Part shown: positions 25,330 to 39,232 of the stretch, piece by piece
Layout: each line of letters opens with the position of its first letter
How positions within the stretch are numbered: position 1 is the stretch's first letter
Assembly: GCF_009914755.1 (NCBI RefSeq)
Contig: NC_060934.1
DNA length: 64,000 bases
Reading direction: 5' to 3' (one strand)
Origin: the human T2T-CHM13v2.0 reference genome, Homo sapiens
Position numbers and translations under genes: made by a program
The notes under the pieces: generated by a model
What the model was told of the DNA's origin: nothing
The model's input: the letters and a program-made list of their open reading frames with translations, nothing else
The model's database searches: none

Positions 25330-25920
25330 TGACCACTAAGTGCCCACTGGTGGTGGACATGTATTTCTGGCCACATGTGACTATTCACTTTCTTTTTGAA
25401 GGAGGAAATGGGAAACCATCCTTCCTCCCTCTCAGTCTATGCACTTGGCAGTGTGAGCTCTATCCCTGCCTCCTAGGGTGACCATGGGGTTAGACTCAAG
25501 TCTAACCAATCAAAGCATAACATCTCCCTACACAATGATTGGCTTCAGGTGGGCACATGACTCTATCAGCACCAATGGGAAAGAAGCCCAGGATTTCCAT
25601 GCCATTTCCAAGGGAGAGACTCTCTCTCTTGCACAGGGCTGGAACCTGGAGAGTGGAATTGGAAAGCCATGAAAGGCAAATGTGACAGAGGAGAGCACAG
25701 CTCAGAGACACAAGAAGCCCAAGTCCTACTGACATCATGTGAGTTCCTATCACCCAGGCTCCAAAGTAAGAGTGATTGGGCTGGAAGCTTGTCACAGGGA
25801 TGCTGGGAGGCTGAGAAAGAACCAGAACCCTTCAATTTTGCAAGACAATAAATGACATGTTTTATTCAAGCCAGCCTGAGCTTGATTTTCTATCACTTCT
25901 AATCAACAGAATGCTGTCCA
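25330..25920 (+). mobile_element. Old MaLR LTR (MLT1K/L-like)
   Basis: gattggcttcaggtgggcacatgac...caataaatgacatgttttattcaagccagcctgagcttgattttctatcacttctaatcaacagaatgctg. Confidence 0.7.
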
Positions 25921-27069
25921 ATCACCTGTGCTGGCCAAAGGTATGGGAGGATGCGAAAAAGTATCCAGAGGGTCCACTTGTGGGGCCAGGAACTCTAGGG
26001 GGTTGGTACTGACCTTGAAAGGTATATAAGGTTGAGACGGATGTGCAGACATTATGGGAAAGGGCATTCAAAGGCTCAGTAACATGCCAGTTCTTAGGAT
26101 CTCAAGGATTTAAAGGTCCTTTTGAAGATTTCTGGGGCAGAAGGGTGGAGTGTGTGTGGTTAACATTTCTTTCTTTCTTTTTTTTTTTTTTAGCAGTGAA
26201 TTCCTCCTTCATGCAGTCCTCTTGAAGAAGACCATCTCTTCTCCAAGCTAAGCATTCCCCAGTGGCACCCAGCTTTTGTCACATGACAGTGGTGAGTGCT
26301 CTCCAAGGTAAAGCCCAGCATGCTGGCTGGGAGGTCACCAGGGAAGAGATTGGTGGAGACTTCCCCTCCCTTGCTCCTTCCTCTCTGCTCCTACTGATAC
26401 ACCCAGAGATGGACTCCACATTCAGATGTCATGTCACACTGCTGGGTCACACTGCTCGGTCTCTGTTGAGGTCTGTTCCCAAGCCTTTCCCTTCATCCAG
26501 AACATGGGCAAGAGATGAGGGAAGTGCTTCATAAACCCCAACAGCAAAATTACACTGCTGTCATAACAGCTCAAGTGGTTGGTTTCTCCTTCCTGCCTTG
26601 TGTCCCCATTTTAAATCATAATTAGGTAGGTAAATACATTAGCATAATCCTTCCCTATTAATAGGCATCTGAACATTAAATAACAAGTTACTAACACTAT
26701 TAACTCCCTGAGGATTATAACAGAGGACTATCATTGGCAGTTAAATCAAAGAAACTTGCATATGATTCTGCTGCAGGGGCAAGGGCTTGGCCAAGATTAG
26801 GATTGCCATTTGAGAAGAGTGTATCCCAGAAAAATCAGTATTGGCCTTGGAGTAACACGTCTGGGCTCAAATTTAGACTTTACAATGTACTAGCCACATG
26901 AACTTCAGATCACTCTTCTAGAAAATTGAGTGATAATATCAACTCTATGATATTATCACACCAACTTACAATGTTGCTGCAAGAGCTAAGTGAGTTAACA
27001 TAAATCGACAATGTCTGGGTAAATGCCAGGTACATAGTGATCTTTTAATAAAGGTTGGCTATTACTATT

Positions 27070-28561
27070 CAAAGCAAGACTAACCAAAAAGAACAAATCT
27101 GGAGACATTACATTACCTGACTTCAAACTACACCATAAGGCCATAGTCACCAGAACAGCATGGTACTGGTATAAAAATAGGCATATAGACCAATGGAACA
27201 AAATAGAAATCCCAGAAATAAAGCCAAATACTTACAATCAATTGATTTTTGACAAAGCAAACAAAAACATAAAGAGGGGAAAGGACACCCTATTCAACAA
27301 ATGGTGCTGGGATAATTGGCTAGCCACACACAGAAGAATGAAACTGGATCCTCATCTCTCACCTTATACAAAAATCAACTCAAGATGGATCAAAGACTTA
27401 AATCTAAAACCTGAAAACATAAAAATTTGAGAAGATAACACCAGAAAAACCCTTCTGGATATTGGCTTAGACAAAGACTTCATGACCAAGAATCCAAAAG
27501 CAAATGTAACAAAAACAAAGATAAATAGATGGGTCTTAATTAAACTAAAAAGCTTCTGCACAGCAAAAGAAGCAATCAGCAGAGTAAAAACACAACCCAC
27601 AAAATAGGAGAAAATCTTTGCAATCTATACATCCAACAAAGGACTAATATCCAGAACCTACAAAGAACTCAAACAAATCAGCAAGAAAAAAGCAAACGAT
27701 TTCATCAGAAAGTAGACTAAGGACATGAATAGACAATTCTCAAAAGAAGATATACAAATGGTCAACAAACACATGAAAAAATGCTCCACATCACTAATGA
27801 TCAAGGAAATGCAAATCAAAACCACAATGTGGTACCACCTCACTCCTGCAAGAACGGCCATAACCAAAAAATCAAAAAATGATAGATGTTGGCATGGATG
27901 TGGTAAAAAGGGAACACTTTTATACTGCTGGTGGGAATGTAAGCTAGTACAACCACTATGGAAAGCAGTGTGGAGAGTCCTTAAAGAACTAAAAGTAGAA
28001 CTACCATTTGAACTAGCAATCCCACTACTGAGTATCTACCCAGAGGAAAAGAAGTTATTATACATAAAAGATACTTGCACACGCATGTTTATAGCAGCAC
28101 AATTCCCAATTGCAAAAATATGGAACCAGCCCAAATACCCATCAATCAATGAGTGGTATATGTATATATATACCACAATTTCTTTATCCACTCATTCCAT
28201 AAAAAGGAATGACATAATGGCATTCACAGCAGCCTAGGTGGAATTAGAGACCATTATTCTAAGTGAAGTAACTCAGGAATGGGAAACCAAACATCATATG
28301 TTCTCACTCATAAGTGCGAGCTAAGCTATGAGAATGCGAAAACATAAGAATGATACAATGGACTTTGGGGACTTGGGGAAAGGGTTGGGAGGATGAGGGA
28401 TAAAAGACTACATGTTGGGTGCAGTGTACACTGCTCAGGTGATGAATGCACCAAAATTTCAGTAATCAACACTAAAAAACTTATTCATGTAACCAAACAC
28501 CACCTGTTCTCCAAAAGCCTATTGAAATAAAATGAATAAATTAATATAAATAAATTTTAAA
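27070..28561 (+). mobile_element. 5'-truncated L1 (L1PA/L1PB), ORF2 C-terminus plus 3'UTR
   Basis: ORFs [25 protein letters not shown] and [12 protein letters not shown]...[13 protein letters not shown]; exact 23-bp TSD. Confidence 0.96.
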
Positions 28562-28749
28562 AATAAAGGTTGGCTATTACTATTGATGATGGTGATTATG
28601 ATAGGAATTCAATAAATTAGTAAATTACTGTCTTTAGGAGGTACCTATTGGACTAGAACTAGACTAGAACTATATTACTGAGTATAAACTGGATTTATTC
28701 ATCTTTGTGCCTCCCAGAGCCTAGCAAAGAGAGCTCAGTGAATGCTTTC

Positions 28750-29118
28750 TGGATGAATAGGTGGATGGGTGTGTGGGTGGCTGGGTGGGTAGATGGATGG
28801 ATAGGTAGATGGATGGGTGGATGGATGGGTAGATGGGTGGGTGAGTGGATGGATGGATGGATGGGAGGATAGATCAATGGATAGATGAATAGGTGGGTGG
28901 GTGGGTGGATGGATGGATGGTTGGATGGATGGATGGATGGATGGATGGATGGATGGATGGATGGATAGATGGATGGATATATGAATAGGTAGGTGGGTGG
29001 ATGGATGGATGGATGGAATGATAGACAGGTGAATAGGTAGATGAGTGGATGGATGAATCAATGAATAGGTGGATGGATGGATGGATGGATGGATGGATGG
29101 ATGGATGGATGGATGGAT
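28750..29118. repeat. (GGAT)n/(GGGT)n degenerate tetranucleotide array, about 370 bp
   Basis: Long tggatggatgga tracts. Confidence 0.95.
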
Positions 29119-29255
29119 AAATGTAGTTTACTCCAATCTAGCTGGTAGATGCTAACAATACTCAAAGCAGAGTCTCCACATTACTAACACATGCCCTCAT
29201 CCTGTAACTGTTTTTCCAGTGACCCCACACAAAGGCCCCTGGTGTTCACCCCTAC

Positions 29256-29394
29256 CTCCTTAGGGTAATTGCCAAACTCAGCCTGCAAGGCAAGGACCCC
29301 CAGCTGCAGCAGTATCTCTTCATTGCAGTACAGCCTCTCCTCCAGGATATCTTTCCGAAGCTGCAGGTAAAACTGGTGCCTTGTCAGGCTGTGC
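29256..29394 (-). CDS. FRMPD2: FRMPD2 exon 12 (FERM F2), 139 nt, phase 2-0
   Basis: ttccag|GCACAG ... AAGGAG|gtaggg; [46 protein letters not shown]. Confidence 0.95.
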
Positions 29395-30065
29395 CTGGAA
29401 AAGAAGTAGCAATAAAAAGGGCTGGGTTGCTAAGGGAAAGGGAGAATGTTAGCACCAGTGGGTTTTCTCAGTGTGGGAAGTTGGAAAAGTAGGGAAGACG
29501 AGATGCAACTCAATAGAATTCAGAGGCAATGCCAGCAAGACAAGTGTGGTCTCCTGCATTTATACCATGCCTCCTGCCCCTCGTTTAGGGCCACTCTATG
29601 CCAGTCACTTCATACAAACTTACAGAGGTGTTTCTTGCTCTGGTTTGAGTGAGGAAGCTAATAACCAGTTCGGTGGTGTTTCTAATAAACAAAGAAATAA
29701 AGAAGCAGGGATCAAACTGCAAACCCATGTCTCTGTCCTCCAACCCTCATGACTGGGCTGCTGAGTTGTGTGTTGGGGGTGAGGGGGCATTTTGGGGTCA
29801 CAGACAGAGAATTTTGACCTTGAGTGGAGTATGTCTGAAACAAAGGGCATATTCTCATTCTGACCAGGGCCTGCATAAAAAAACTGATTTTCCTCCTTTG
29901 TTCTATCTTGATCAGAATCCAATCAACAGAAAACCAACCACAATAGCTATTGTTATTTGTATGTAATTTACAGTTTGCAAAGCACTTGTCGATCCATTAC
30001 CTCTCCGTCAGCCTGGACATACATAAATCCCTTAAGGAACAAATGAACAGGTTTGCAGCACTCAC

Positions 30066-30213
30066 TGGAGCAGCCCATAGTGGCTGACAAAGAACTTTAT
30101 CCTCAGGAAGAGTGTGAAGGTATTCATGGAGGTCTTCTGAGGCTGCTCTCTCCAGCCTTCAGGAGCTATTTTGCACAATCTGGTTTCACTGTCCAGGAAA
30201 AAGAACTCTTTGC
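30066..30213 (-). CDS. FRMPD2: FRMPD2 exon 11 (FERM F1), 148 nt, phase 1-2
   Basis: tttcag|GCAAAG ... CTCCA|gtgagt; (S)[48 protein letters not shown](Q); FLRIKFF FERM motif. Confidence 0.95.
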
Positions 30214-30619
30214 CTGAAATGGAAATAGAGCATGTGTGGAAGGAGAAGCAGTAGGGATTGCACCATCTCTCAGACTCATAGCCCTAAGCCCTACCCAGAG
30301 TGTCACACACGAGCTGGGTGAGTGCAGGAGTGGGAGGTAAGTCTTTGCGTACCTGGTAGCAAGGAACCTTTGTTGGGGTCATGGGGTGTCAAGAAGGAGC
30401 AGACAAAGAGGAGAGGGTCAAATAAGGAAAACTCAACACCAAGAGGAGAAAATACCGTTAGTTATCTTATCTTACAAGATGTCGCTTAATATCTGCCTTC
30501 AGCTATCATCTCATGGGTATAAAATGGAAAACCAAGGAAAGGAGTTTGACTAAGTTTGTGCAATGTGCCAGAACCCTCCACCTCAGCTGTACCAACCCCC
30601 TCCTCCCCAGCCATGGACT

Positions 30620-30990
30620 CCTACAGTCCAAATATGTGTGTCCTCCCAAATCCATATGTTGAAACCCTAACACCCAATCTGATGGCATTAGGAAGTGGGG
30701 TGTTTAGGAGGTAACTATGTTTAGATGAGATCATGAGTATGGGTCCCCCATGATGGGATCAGCATCCTTATAACAGGAGGAAGACACCAGAGCTTCCTCT
30801 CTCAGCCATGTGAGGACACTGCGAAAAGGAAACCTCTGAAAGCCAGAAAGAGGACCCCACCAGGAATGGAAATCAGCTGGAACCCTGTTATTGGACTTTC
30901 CAACCTCCAGAGCTGTGAGAAAGAAGGGTCTATTTTTGAGCCATCCCCTCTGTGGTATTTTGTTAGAGCAGCCTGAGCTGCCTAAGGCAT
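30620..30990 (+). mobile_element. MLT1A/MST-type MaLR LTR
   Basis: tgtgtgtcctcccaaatccatatgttgaaaccctaa...ttggactttccaacctccagagctgtgagaaa...gcagcctgagctgcctaag. Confidence 0.85.
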
Positions 30991-32161
30991 GGTGTAAGTG
31001 GAGTCAATTTGCCCTTTGACCCAAGTGGTTCCAGATTGAAAATTCCACCAACCCAAGCTCAGGACTTCAAATCCTGGCAAGTGTGTCCTCCAGTACCCCT
31101 GGGAGGGAGACTGAATCAGCCCCAGCCACTGAAGGCCCCTCCCCCACCCCTCTGCTCTCTTCACAGCAAAGCTCAACCCCTCCAGTGCCCTGGGCCACTC
31201 CTGGGGACTGCTGCAGGTCTGCCCCTGCCCTGTTCTACCACACACTCAAAGTGGCTCCTCCTTCTCAGTGCTCCACCCTTTCAGCCCAAAGCATTCTCTA
31301 GCAGCTTGCCTGGGCACAGGAGTCCTGCCCAGTTTTGGAAGGCAGAACTTTTAAACTGGTGACCAACCTCTTCTTCCAATGCCTATGCATGCTGGGGTGG
31401 GGAGGGGGTGTCCAGGATTTAAACAGCTGTCACCACACCACACTCAGACCTCCATCCCCTCTGCCACCTGCCTCTGCCCTTACTGCTGAATCTGATGCCC
31501 CACACGGGACTCACCCTTCCCTTAGGATGAATTCTCCCCAAGAGATAGGCAGTTCCCCACCAAAGGTTGGTTGGTAATCCCTCCCAAGTTGGTCTATATC
31601 CAAACCCTAGAGGTAGTCACCTTTGAGTGATTTCCCCAAGATGACCCTAGCTAGGCAGGTGTAAAATTGTCCATGTGGGAGGGGCTCAGGATGGCCACCT
31701 GATTGGGAGAAGGCAGGTAGGAGATAAGTGGATTTGTGAGTGCAGGTGCACTCACAATGCAAGCACACTGGATTAGATTGCATTTTATGGATCAATAACA
31801 ACACAATTCCTAAAGACACCTGTATTCACAGGTTATGAAAGGTCGAGCAAATATCAATTGATCACATCAAAGCATATAACAGTTGTTCTTATTTGTGAGA
31901 GAGATCTTTAGAAGATCTGATGAGAACTATGGGGATAAGAACATGCTCTCACCAGCCCTGCTTGGTACAAAGAATAATCATACAAGTTCGTGAGCTTTTC
32001 CTACTGGAAATGGGAAAATAGAGGAACACTGAGATATGACGCCTAAGCCAGATGGGCTGGGAGGGAGAGGATTTCGCCAGAAGGCCAGTGTGATCCCAGC
32101 TCAGCCTCCACACAGTGGTTAAAGAAATCCAGCTGTGGCAGCATGGTATTTATAGTAATGG

Positions 32162-35100
32162 TGTGAAAGTTATCAATACCAAAATGAGGTCATTTATGTC
32201 TAACCCTGATAAAGTGCAGCCAAAAGGCCATGAGGGAGGGGCACTCATGCATATGCCTATACCGAAAAATACCACAGGAAATGTTTTCCATTCTACAGCT
32301 TGCTACATGAGTCACACAAGGATAGCCAGCAGCACAAGGACAGCCAGCCGCACAAGGACAGCTAGCCACTCACACAAGAACACTTGCCTGACACTCTGTC
32401 TCCACTGATGAACTGATGTCAACTCCTGCAATAAGCCCCTAGAAAAAAATCATCTTTTTGTCTCAAAACAACTCACATGTACTTCTCTCTTTTGTCTTTA
32501 AAAGCTTCCCCTTCCCCCAGCCTCCTGGGATGCACCTGTAGTCCTCTAGAACATGCATATCCCGGATTGCAATCTCCTGCTAATTCCAGAATAAACTCTT
32601 TCTTTGGAAAGCCTGTCTCTCTTTGTTGTTATTTTAGGTTGGCAAAACCTGGTGTTAGAGATGTGGGATCCAAAAATGACAAGCCTTTTCCCATACCAGC
32701 GACCGCAGAACACGTGCAGTGCCCACTGGAGCCCATTGTGCTCTCTGCTTCCAGGAATCATCTTTCTGCTGGTGCTAAGTTCTGTCTTGGATTTGAGCAC
32801 CCTCATTTTGGCTTGCTTTGACTTGATTCGAGATCTGGTTTTATAGGTCTGAAGGACATGGTCCTTCTTCTGAGTATTCTTTTGGTTTCACTTTTGTAGG
32901 GGATTTGGCATCCTTTCTGATGTGTACTCTTTTGGGGTTGGTTGTTTGTGTACAGAATTTAAATTGGCATCACATAGACTTTCCAAACATAATTCACCCC
33001 ATGAATTTTTAAGCTTATGGACAAATTATACCAAAGATAATTTAGAGCTCCAATGGCCAGATGGAGACCATTTGAACTGCCCAAGCTTGTTTTTTCCTTA
33101 GAATTAAAATTAGAAGACTGCAGCTATAAGGTCAGTTTGAATGGGGCACATATTTCAATTGGCATCTTGAGGCTTCAAAACGCATTCAGGACTCAAAAAT
33201 GCCTTAATGCAAATATCTCAAAGCTAGCTGAGACTCATTTGTCTCCAGAACCTTCCCTCCCCTATCTACAATTCCTCCTCCTCTTTGTCTTCCTCTAGCC
33301 GAACTCCTCTTTTTTCCAAACTGCTCAGCTACTAATCTAATTCTTCTCTCCATGACCACCAAGTCATTTTTTAATATGTGAATCTTCTAGGGAAGTTCTA
33401 GATGGGTGGAATAAAGAAGTTAAAATATGCCATTTGGGCCTATCAGCTATTTAAGTTAAAGGCACTTTTAAGCGCACTTTTAAGAGCAGGTGCAAATTGG
33501 CCACTTTGACCCTTGTGTTATTTCTTAAAGAAGATGAAATTCCCATGTGATAGTCATCCTCCCTCTCCTGGAAGGAAAGGCAACATCCTTATCTTCAAGG
33601 ACAAGAAGTTTAGACACAGAATACCATACAGACCTTGTTGGAATAACTCTGATCTTTTAAGCCTCCTCATAATTTAGTCCCATTTTCACAATTAACTGTT
33701 TTTTGTCCAACCCAGTAACTAATTTGGTGGAGTCTTCATCTTCTTATGGGGGCTCCCATGCCACATAAAACATTTATTATGCTTTTCTCCTGTTGATCTT
33801 TCTTATGTTAGTTTATTTCTCAGACACAGCTGGAGCCTGTGAGGATAAAGGATGGAAGTAGAAGTTTTCCTTCCTTACAGTTTCTGGCAATGAGGATGGG
33901 ACCCTAAGAGGCTGGACACCCCACTCACTCCAGCCTATGGATGAGATGCTGAGAGGCCTGACAAAAGCCTGCAAAAGGTGGGGGGATTCTTTCCAAAGCC
34001 AGCTTTCCCAAATATCTATGGATAGTGCCTAGCTAAGAGAAGAAGGTAAAAATTTTTTCTTGTCCCTTCTTTTCTAAATTTGAATTGGCAGGAGAAAAAC
34101 ATTTGTAAGGTTGTTCTCTGAATTGTGACTCTTGTGAATTTGGTTCTAGGTTCTAACAGAAATCGCTCTTTTTTTTTGTTTTTTAATCTCTGTCTTCTGT
34201 GTGATTTACCACAAGGATAAAAGTTACAATAAGACTCTCCTTTCATCTTGTTTTATGTCTCAAGAGCTCTGTAGCCAGTGAGGATATCTTCTCTGGTCTC
34301 CACCAGCTGGGTGGTGGAGACTGTCAGGTTTGCATCAGATGGCGAGCCAGCTGGCTAGGAGTCTGAAACATGAAGCATCTCCTTGTCCCAGAGTGCCAGC
34401 TCCCAGGGGAATTTGTCTCAATTGTTTCAACCTCCACTACCTTGTTAACAAGTAAGGTCTTTGTTTTTCGTCTTTGGGAGAGATGTTGGATCTCGAGGGG
34501 GGTACTGCATTTTTCACGCTCTTTTTGTGGAAGCCTCTCGTATCCATGGTTAAGACATAAAAGGCTTATTGGCTTTGAGTCACAATTGAAGTGGTTATAC
34601 CTTTGGATATTTGGACTTTTGTATCTAAAAGTATTTTTAGAGAGCCCTCATCATGAACAACTGTCCTATTGGTACATGCGAGAAGATTTGGCTTGAAGGA
34701 AGAAAATAAACACTTTTATAAATTAACTGTTTTCTCAGAAAAACAGAACTAACCTAAATGTTTTTTGAGTTCAGGTGATCTGGTATAATTTTTGGTAAAT
34801 ATAGAAGCTAGTTTAAGTTTTTTGGTTCAATTAAAATAGTCATGTTTGGAGACTTGTCAACATTAAACATAATACAGACATACGACTTCTTCTATCTGGA
34901 TTTATCAAGCAAAAGCGTATGTATGTTTAAGATGGTAAAATTGTAAATGTAACCTAAGAATAAAACATACAGTAAAAATAAATTGCTTGATGTGAGACAA
35001 ATGTGACAATGAAAAAAGAGAGTTAAAAAAAGCCATATGTTTTAACTTTTAGGTTCTTTGCTTCTGTGGTATTTTTTAATACTTGCCTGATTTACTAACA

Positions 35101-38100
35101 ATAAAAATAACGTAAGATAATGACTACATTTGTTTCATGTCTTATGGAGTTTTTATAAACAATTCAAACATAATTGTTAAAACCAAGTGAATTAATAAAT
35201 GTAAATATAAATGAAATAGAGTATAAGTAAGCTTTTCAACAATGATTATGTTTTATAAGATATATCTACTTAAAATGGTTTATAAAATCTTTTTGGTTAC
35301 TTAAAACATTACAGTTATAGTAAGTTAAATGAAATGATGAATATTCATTTAATAGACCACTTCCAAATAAGATATTATGCTGAAATATTAGTTGTTGAAC
35401 ATAAGTTTAAGCTTATATACTTTTGTCTCCTCATTGTAGAGGAACAAAAGATATTTGGGTCTGTTAATTAAAATGCTCTATTCTACACTGAAAAAATGTG
35501 CTATGAGGAAGCATATATTTCTAGGTGTTATAAAATAATGTTTTCACAAATTTGTAAAAGGCAGTTTATGATTGCTTACTTTCTAGTTTTCTGGTTTTCA
35601 CTAGAAATTAAAGTTACCAAGAGTTTTAAAATTCCAATTACTAAATGTAATTCTGTACACAAAGTGTACAAAAATGTAAGATATGTTTGGGTGAGAAAAG
35701 TTAAAAGGAAGATATGAGAATGTGTTTTTATTTGTTGTCGTTTAAAAAAGTAATTTTCTCTAGTTGGAGGCTAGTTGAGGATTGCTTCAAAACAAATAAA
35801 TAAAGAAAAAAGTGATATCAATAAAACTGAATAAGAACATTATAAATGGTTTGAGAAAATTGCAAAAGGTTTATGGAAGATGAATATTATGAAAGAAATT
35901 TTTGTGTGATCAAGATAATTAAAATTAGAAGAAAAGTATTTATTTATGTTTTTCTAAAATTGAGCCTTAATATCAATAGCATACTTGTGCAAAACTATTA
36001 TTTTGTCTTCTCTGTTAATAAAATACAGTTATATTGCAGTATTAGCCTCTACTGTTAATATTAATATGTTTTTCCTTAACTTTTTAGTAATTGGCCTAGA
36101 AAACAAAAATTTTGTGTTTTATCAGAATAGTTTCTTGTGCTCTGTGCTGTATTTTATTAGCTCTTTTATTACTTAAAAAAGTGATCTTCTCAATATTCAA
36201 AGAGCTAAGTTTTGACCGTTATGTATTTGCCTTTTGAAGAATTTTAATTATCACTCTGGTTAAATGAATGACAATTATTTTACAGTGACCAGTGATTCTA
36301 CTTTGATCAAGGGTTTTAAACCTTTTGACAGTTTTGACAGCTTCCCAAAATCAAATTCTAAATTGAGTCTTTTTGACCTTGAATTTACTTTGGGTCTTTC
36401 CAGCTGGGCCCTTGGAAGCAACAAAGGATATGTCCCTCACCTTGTAAAAGAGGTGTTAAACTAATTGGGTTTATTCAATATGTTAAAATGCATGGGAAAC
36501 ATTATCCAATAATAAGTGGTGCCAAATCTTTAAGTTATATTTATAAATATAGTTTTGATATAAATGTTCCTAAAATTGTACAAAATTGCTAGAATTCCGA
36601 TATGTCTTAGTATAATATTTGGTTATTATGTTAAAATGATATATGCCATAGAAACAATGAAATTTATCTGTAAATTGCTGGTTATAATAAACTCTCTTCA
36701 GATTTTTAACCATGGCCATTCTAAGTCCTTATCATCCATGGAATGTTATGGTGTTGGTACTTTTCTAAACGCATTTGCAATCAGCTACAGTCCAAAAATT
36801 GCTTTTTCTTCAAGGAGGTTCACAGAAAGGATGGAAAGAATTCTGACAAGTTACAGGTTTCTGATAACTTCAAGATCAAACCATTGGACTAAGGAAAAAT
36901 GTCCAGGACACTAAAGAAGAAACAGAGTTTGTGAAACTGCTAACAAAGATCAAGCAGAACAAGAATTAATTACATGAGGCTGAACGAACGGATGAAAAAG
37001 AATAATGGGTTTTTATAATTTTTACTTGAAATTTCACTGGTTCTTTAAATGTTTTGTTTTCTAGATTTAAGGAAACTTTTTCCTTGTATGTTATCTATAG
37101 TTTACAACAATATAATAAAGTATACTCTTGTGAACAAAATTAAAATATTTGCTTTTTCTCCTTTCCTGATCCAACCAGAATTCTAAAACTATCCATAAGC
37201 ATTCTTATTTTTATGATAATATAGTTATTTATATAAGTTCAATAAAATATGCTCTCTTTATAACAGGATACAATACTTAAAATTGGTTATATTACTAAGG
37301 CTTTGACTTGGATGTCATATTTGAAAATGCACATAAAGTTACTTCAGCCAAACTGAGGTTTGTCTTGATTTGGCCTCCTAGCCTTGAGAGACTTTTAAAA
37401 GTCAGGCTGAGATTCTTATCAAAAGTTCTAGCAGAACAAGCTTCAAAGGAGCCTACGTGGTCAACCACTATTCTTGATGCACTTATGCATCAAGGCCAAA
37501 CTTGATGAGGCTAAACTTACTTAGTAAACAAATTTGTCTTATTGTGATTATCTTTAGTAAAAATGGGGGTAACTGTAGAAAAGAAATTATGCTTCTAAAG
37601 GAAGGTGAAAATTGTATTACACCTGTTATCTGACTGTAGCCCTGTTCATTGCTTTTGTGTGTTTCTAATCTACCTGTAGACTGAATTGGACCCTGAATTC
37701 TTCTTGCTTCCTTCAGTATCTGAAGAACAAAGAACAAGAACTTCTCTGTTCCTAAAGCCCTATAAACTGAAGCTGAACAACAACTCAATGTAAAATTCTA
37801 GGAACAAGTCTCCTGCCTGATGTGCAGGCTACATAGAGAGTTCACCAAAATGCCCAACGCTGGTCTAGTGCTTCGAAATGACAACCAACACCTATGAAAC
37901 AGAACAATGAACTCCAGACAGACTTAGCCTCAGAGCCACTCTTTCCAAACCTCCATGTTGCTTAAATGAAGCTGAAAGATGTTTTTACATCAACTCCTAC
38001 TTGCTGGTCATTTCCCTTCAACGTGAGAGTAGAACAACCAGGAAAGGTCCATCCCAGTACCGAGGAACAATCAAAACCTAACCACAGGATGATCCAGCAG

Positions 38101-38617
38101 TGATGCTTTCAGAGCAATAACTTGATCAAAAGGGAGAAATGTAAACATTATCAATACCAAAATAAGTCACTTATATTTAACCCTACTAAAATGGAGCTGG
38201 GAGGCCATAAGGGAGGGTCACTCATGCTCTATGCCTATAATGAAAAATACCATAGAAACTTTTTTCCAAACCACAGCTTGCTACATGAGTCACACAAGGA
38301 CAGCCAGCAGCACAAGGACAGCTCGCCACACAAGGGCAGCTCGCCACTCACACAAGAACACTTGCCTGACACTGTTTTCACTAATGAACTGGTGTCAACT
38401 CCTGAAATAAGCCCTTGGAACCAATCACCTTTTTGTTTCAAAACAACTCACATGTACTTCTCTCTTTGTCTATAAAGGCTTGCCCTTGCCCAACCTCCTT
38501 AGATGCATCTATAGTTCACTATGGCATGTGGATCCTAGATTGCAATCTCCTGCTAATTCCCAAATACACTCATTTTTTGGAGAGCCTGTCTCTCTCCACT
38601 GTCATTTTAGGTCGACA
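32162..38617 (+). mobile_element. Two-LTR non-autonomous ERV1 element (MER34/LTR29/LTR48, MER4-group-like), AT-rich interior without ORFs
   Basis: 5' LTR 32162-32644 and 3' LTR 38140-38617 are homologous (TG...CA, shared 18-bp cacaaggacagccagc repeats); PBS-like tggtgttagagatgtgggat at 32650; PPT aaaagggagaaa before the 3' LTR. Confidence 0.88.
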
Positions 38618-39057
38618 GCAGAAATAAAGAGTCTCTAATAGAACGTCAGAGAGGGAAGAGGGTATAGAAACCCTTTTTCTTGGATATTTAGAATGGAGTC
38701 TTAATTAGCTCCTAGGGTCAGGGTACTAAGTCCCCATTAGTCCTGCATCATTAGATGGAAATGCTTTTAACATTTGCTTGTTTGTCTAACTTCAGTGCCC
38801 TGAGATCAATCAACCAGATCCAGCAAGCCACAGAAACCCACATCTTACACTCATTATTTCCTGACAACCTTCTGCACTTGCTTGATGCTTTATCCATGAG
38901 TACTTGAAGCCCTCGTCATGCTGACTAATGTCTAGGCATACAAAGGGAGGCACCCAAGTCTCAAACAGTTTTCCCAGAAGAAACAGAGCTCAGGTACCCA
39001 GATACCTGGGTTACCAGAGGCACCAGGCCAGCTGTGAGCTGCCCAAGAGATGCTTAC

Positions 39058-39232
39058 TTTTCATATACGCCAAGCCAAAGTAGGTGAGTTCCTCGAGGTT
39101 GGCAAAGGATGTCACGGCATTGAAGACAGCTCCCACTGTTGATTCAACATCACATTTTACCTCCAGGTGCTGCCCGTTCAGCAGGACCACACAGAGGTCC
39201 CTGAGAGCCAAATAGGATTTCCCTTTTTTGGT
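39058..39232 (-). CDS. FRMPD2: FRMPD2 exon 10 (FERM F1), 175 nt, phase 0-1
   Basis: tttcag|ACCAAA ... ATGAAAA|gtaagc; [58 protein letters not shown]. Confidence 0.95.

Noticed and set aside
27725-28237. 170-aa ORF as a gene
   Set aside because: L1 ORF2 C-terminal remnant in a truncated element with upstream stops.
28695-29061. His/Pro-rich ORFs
   Set aside because: Translation of the (TCCA)n microsatellite.
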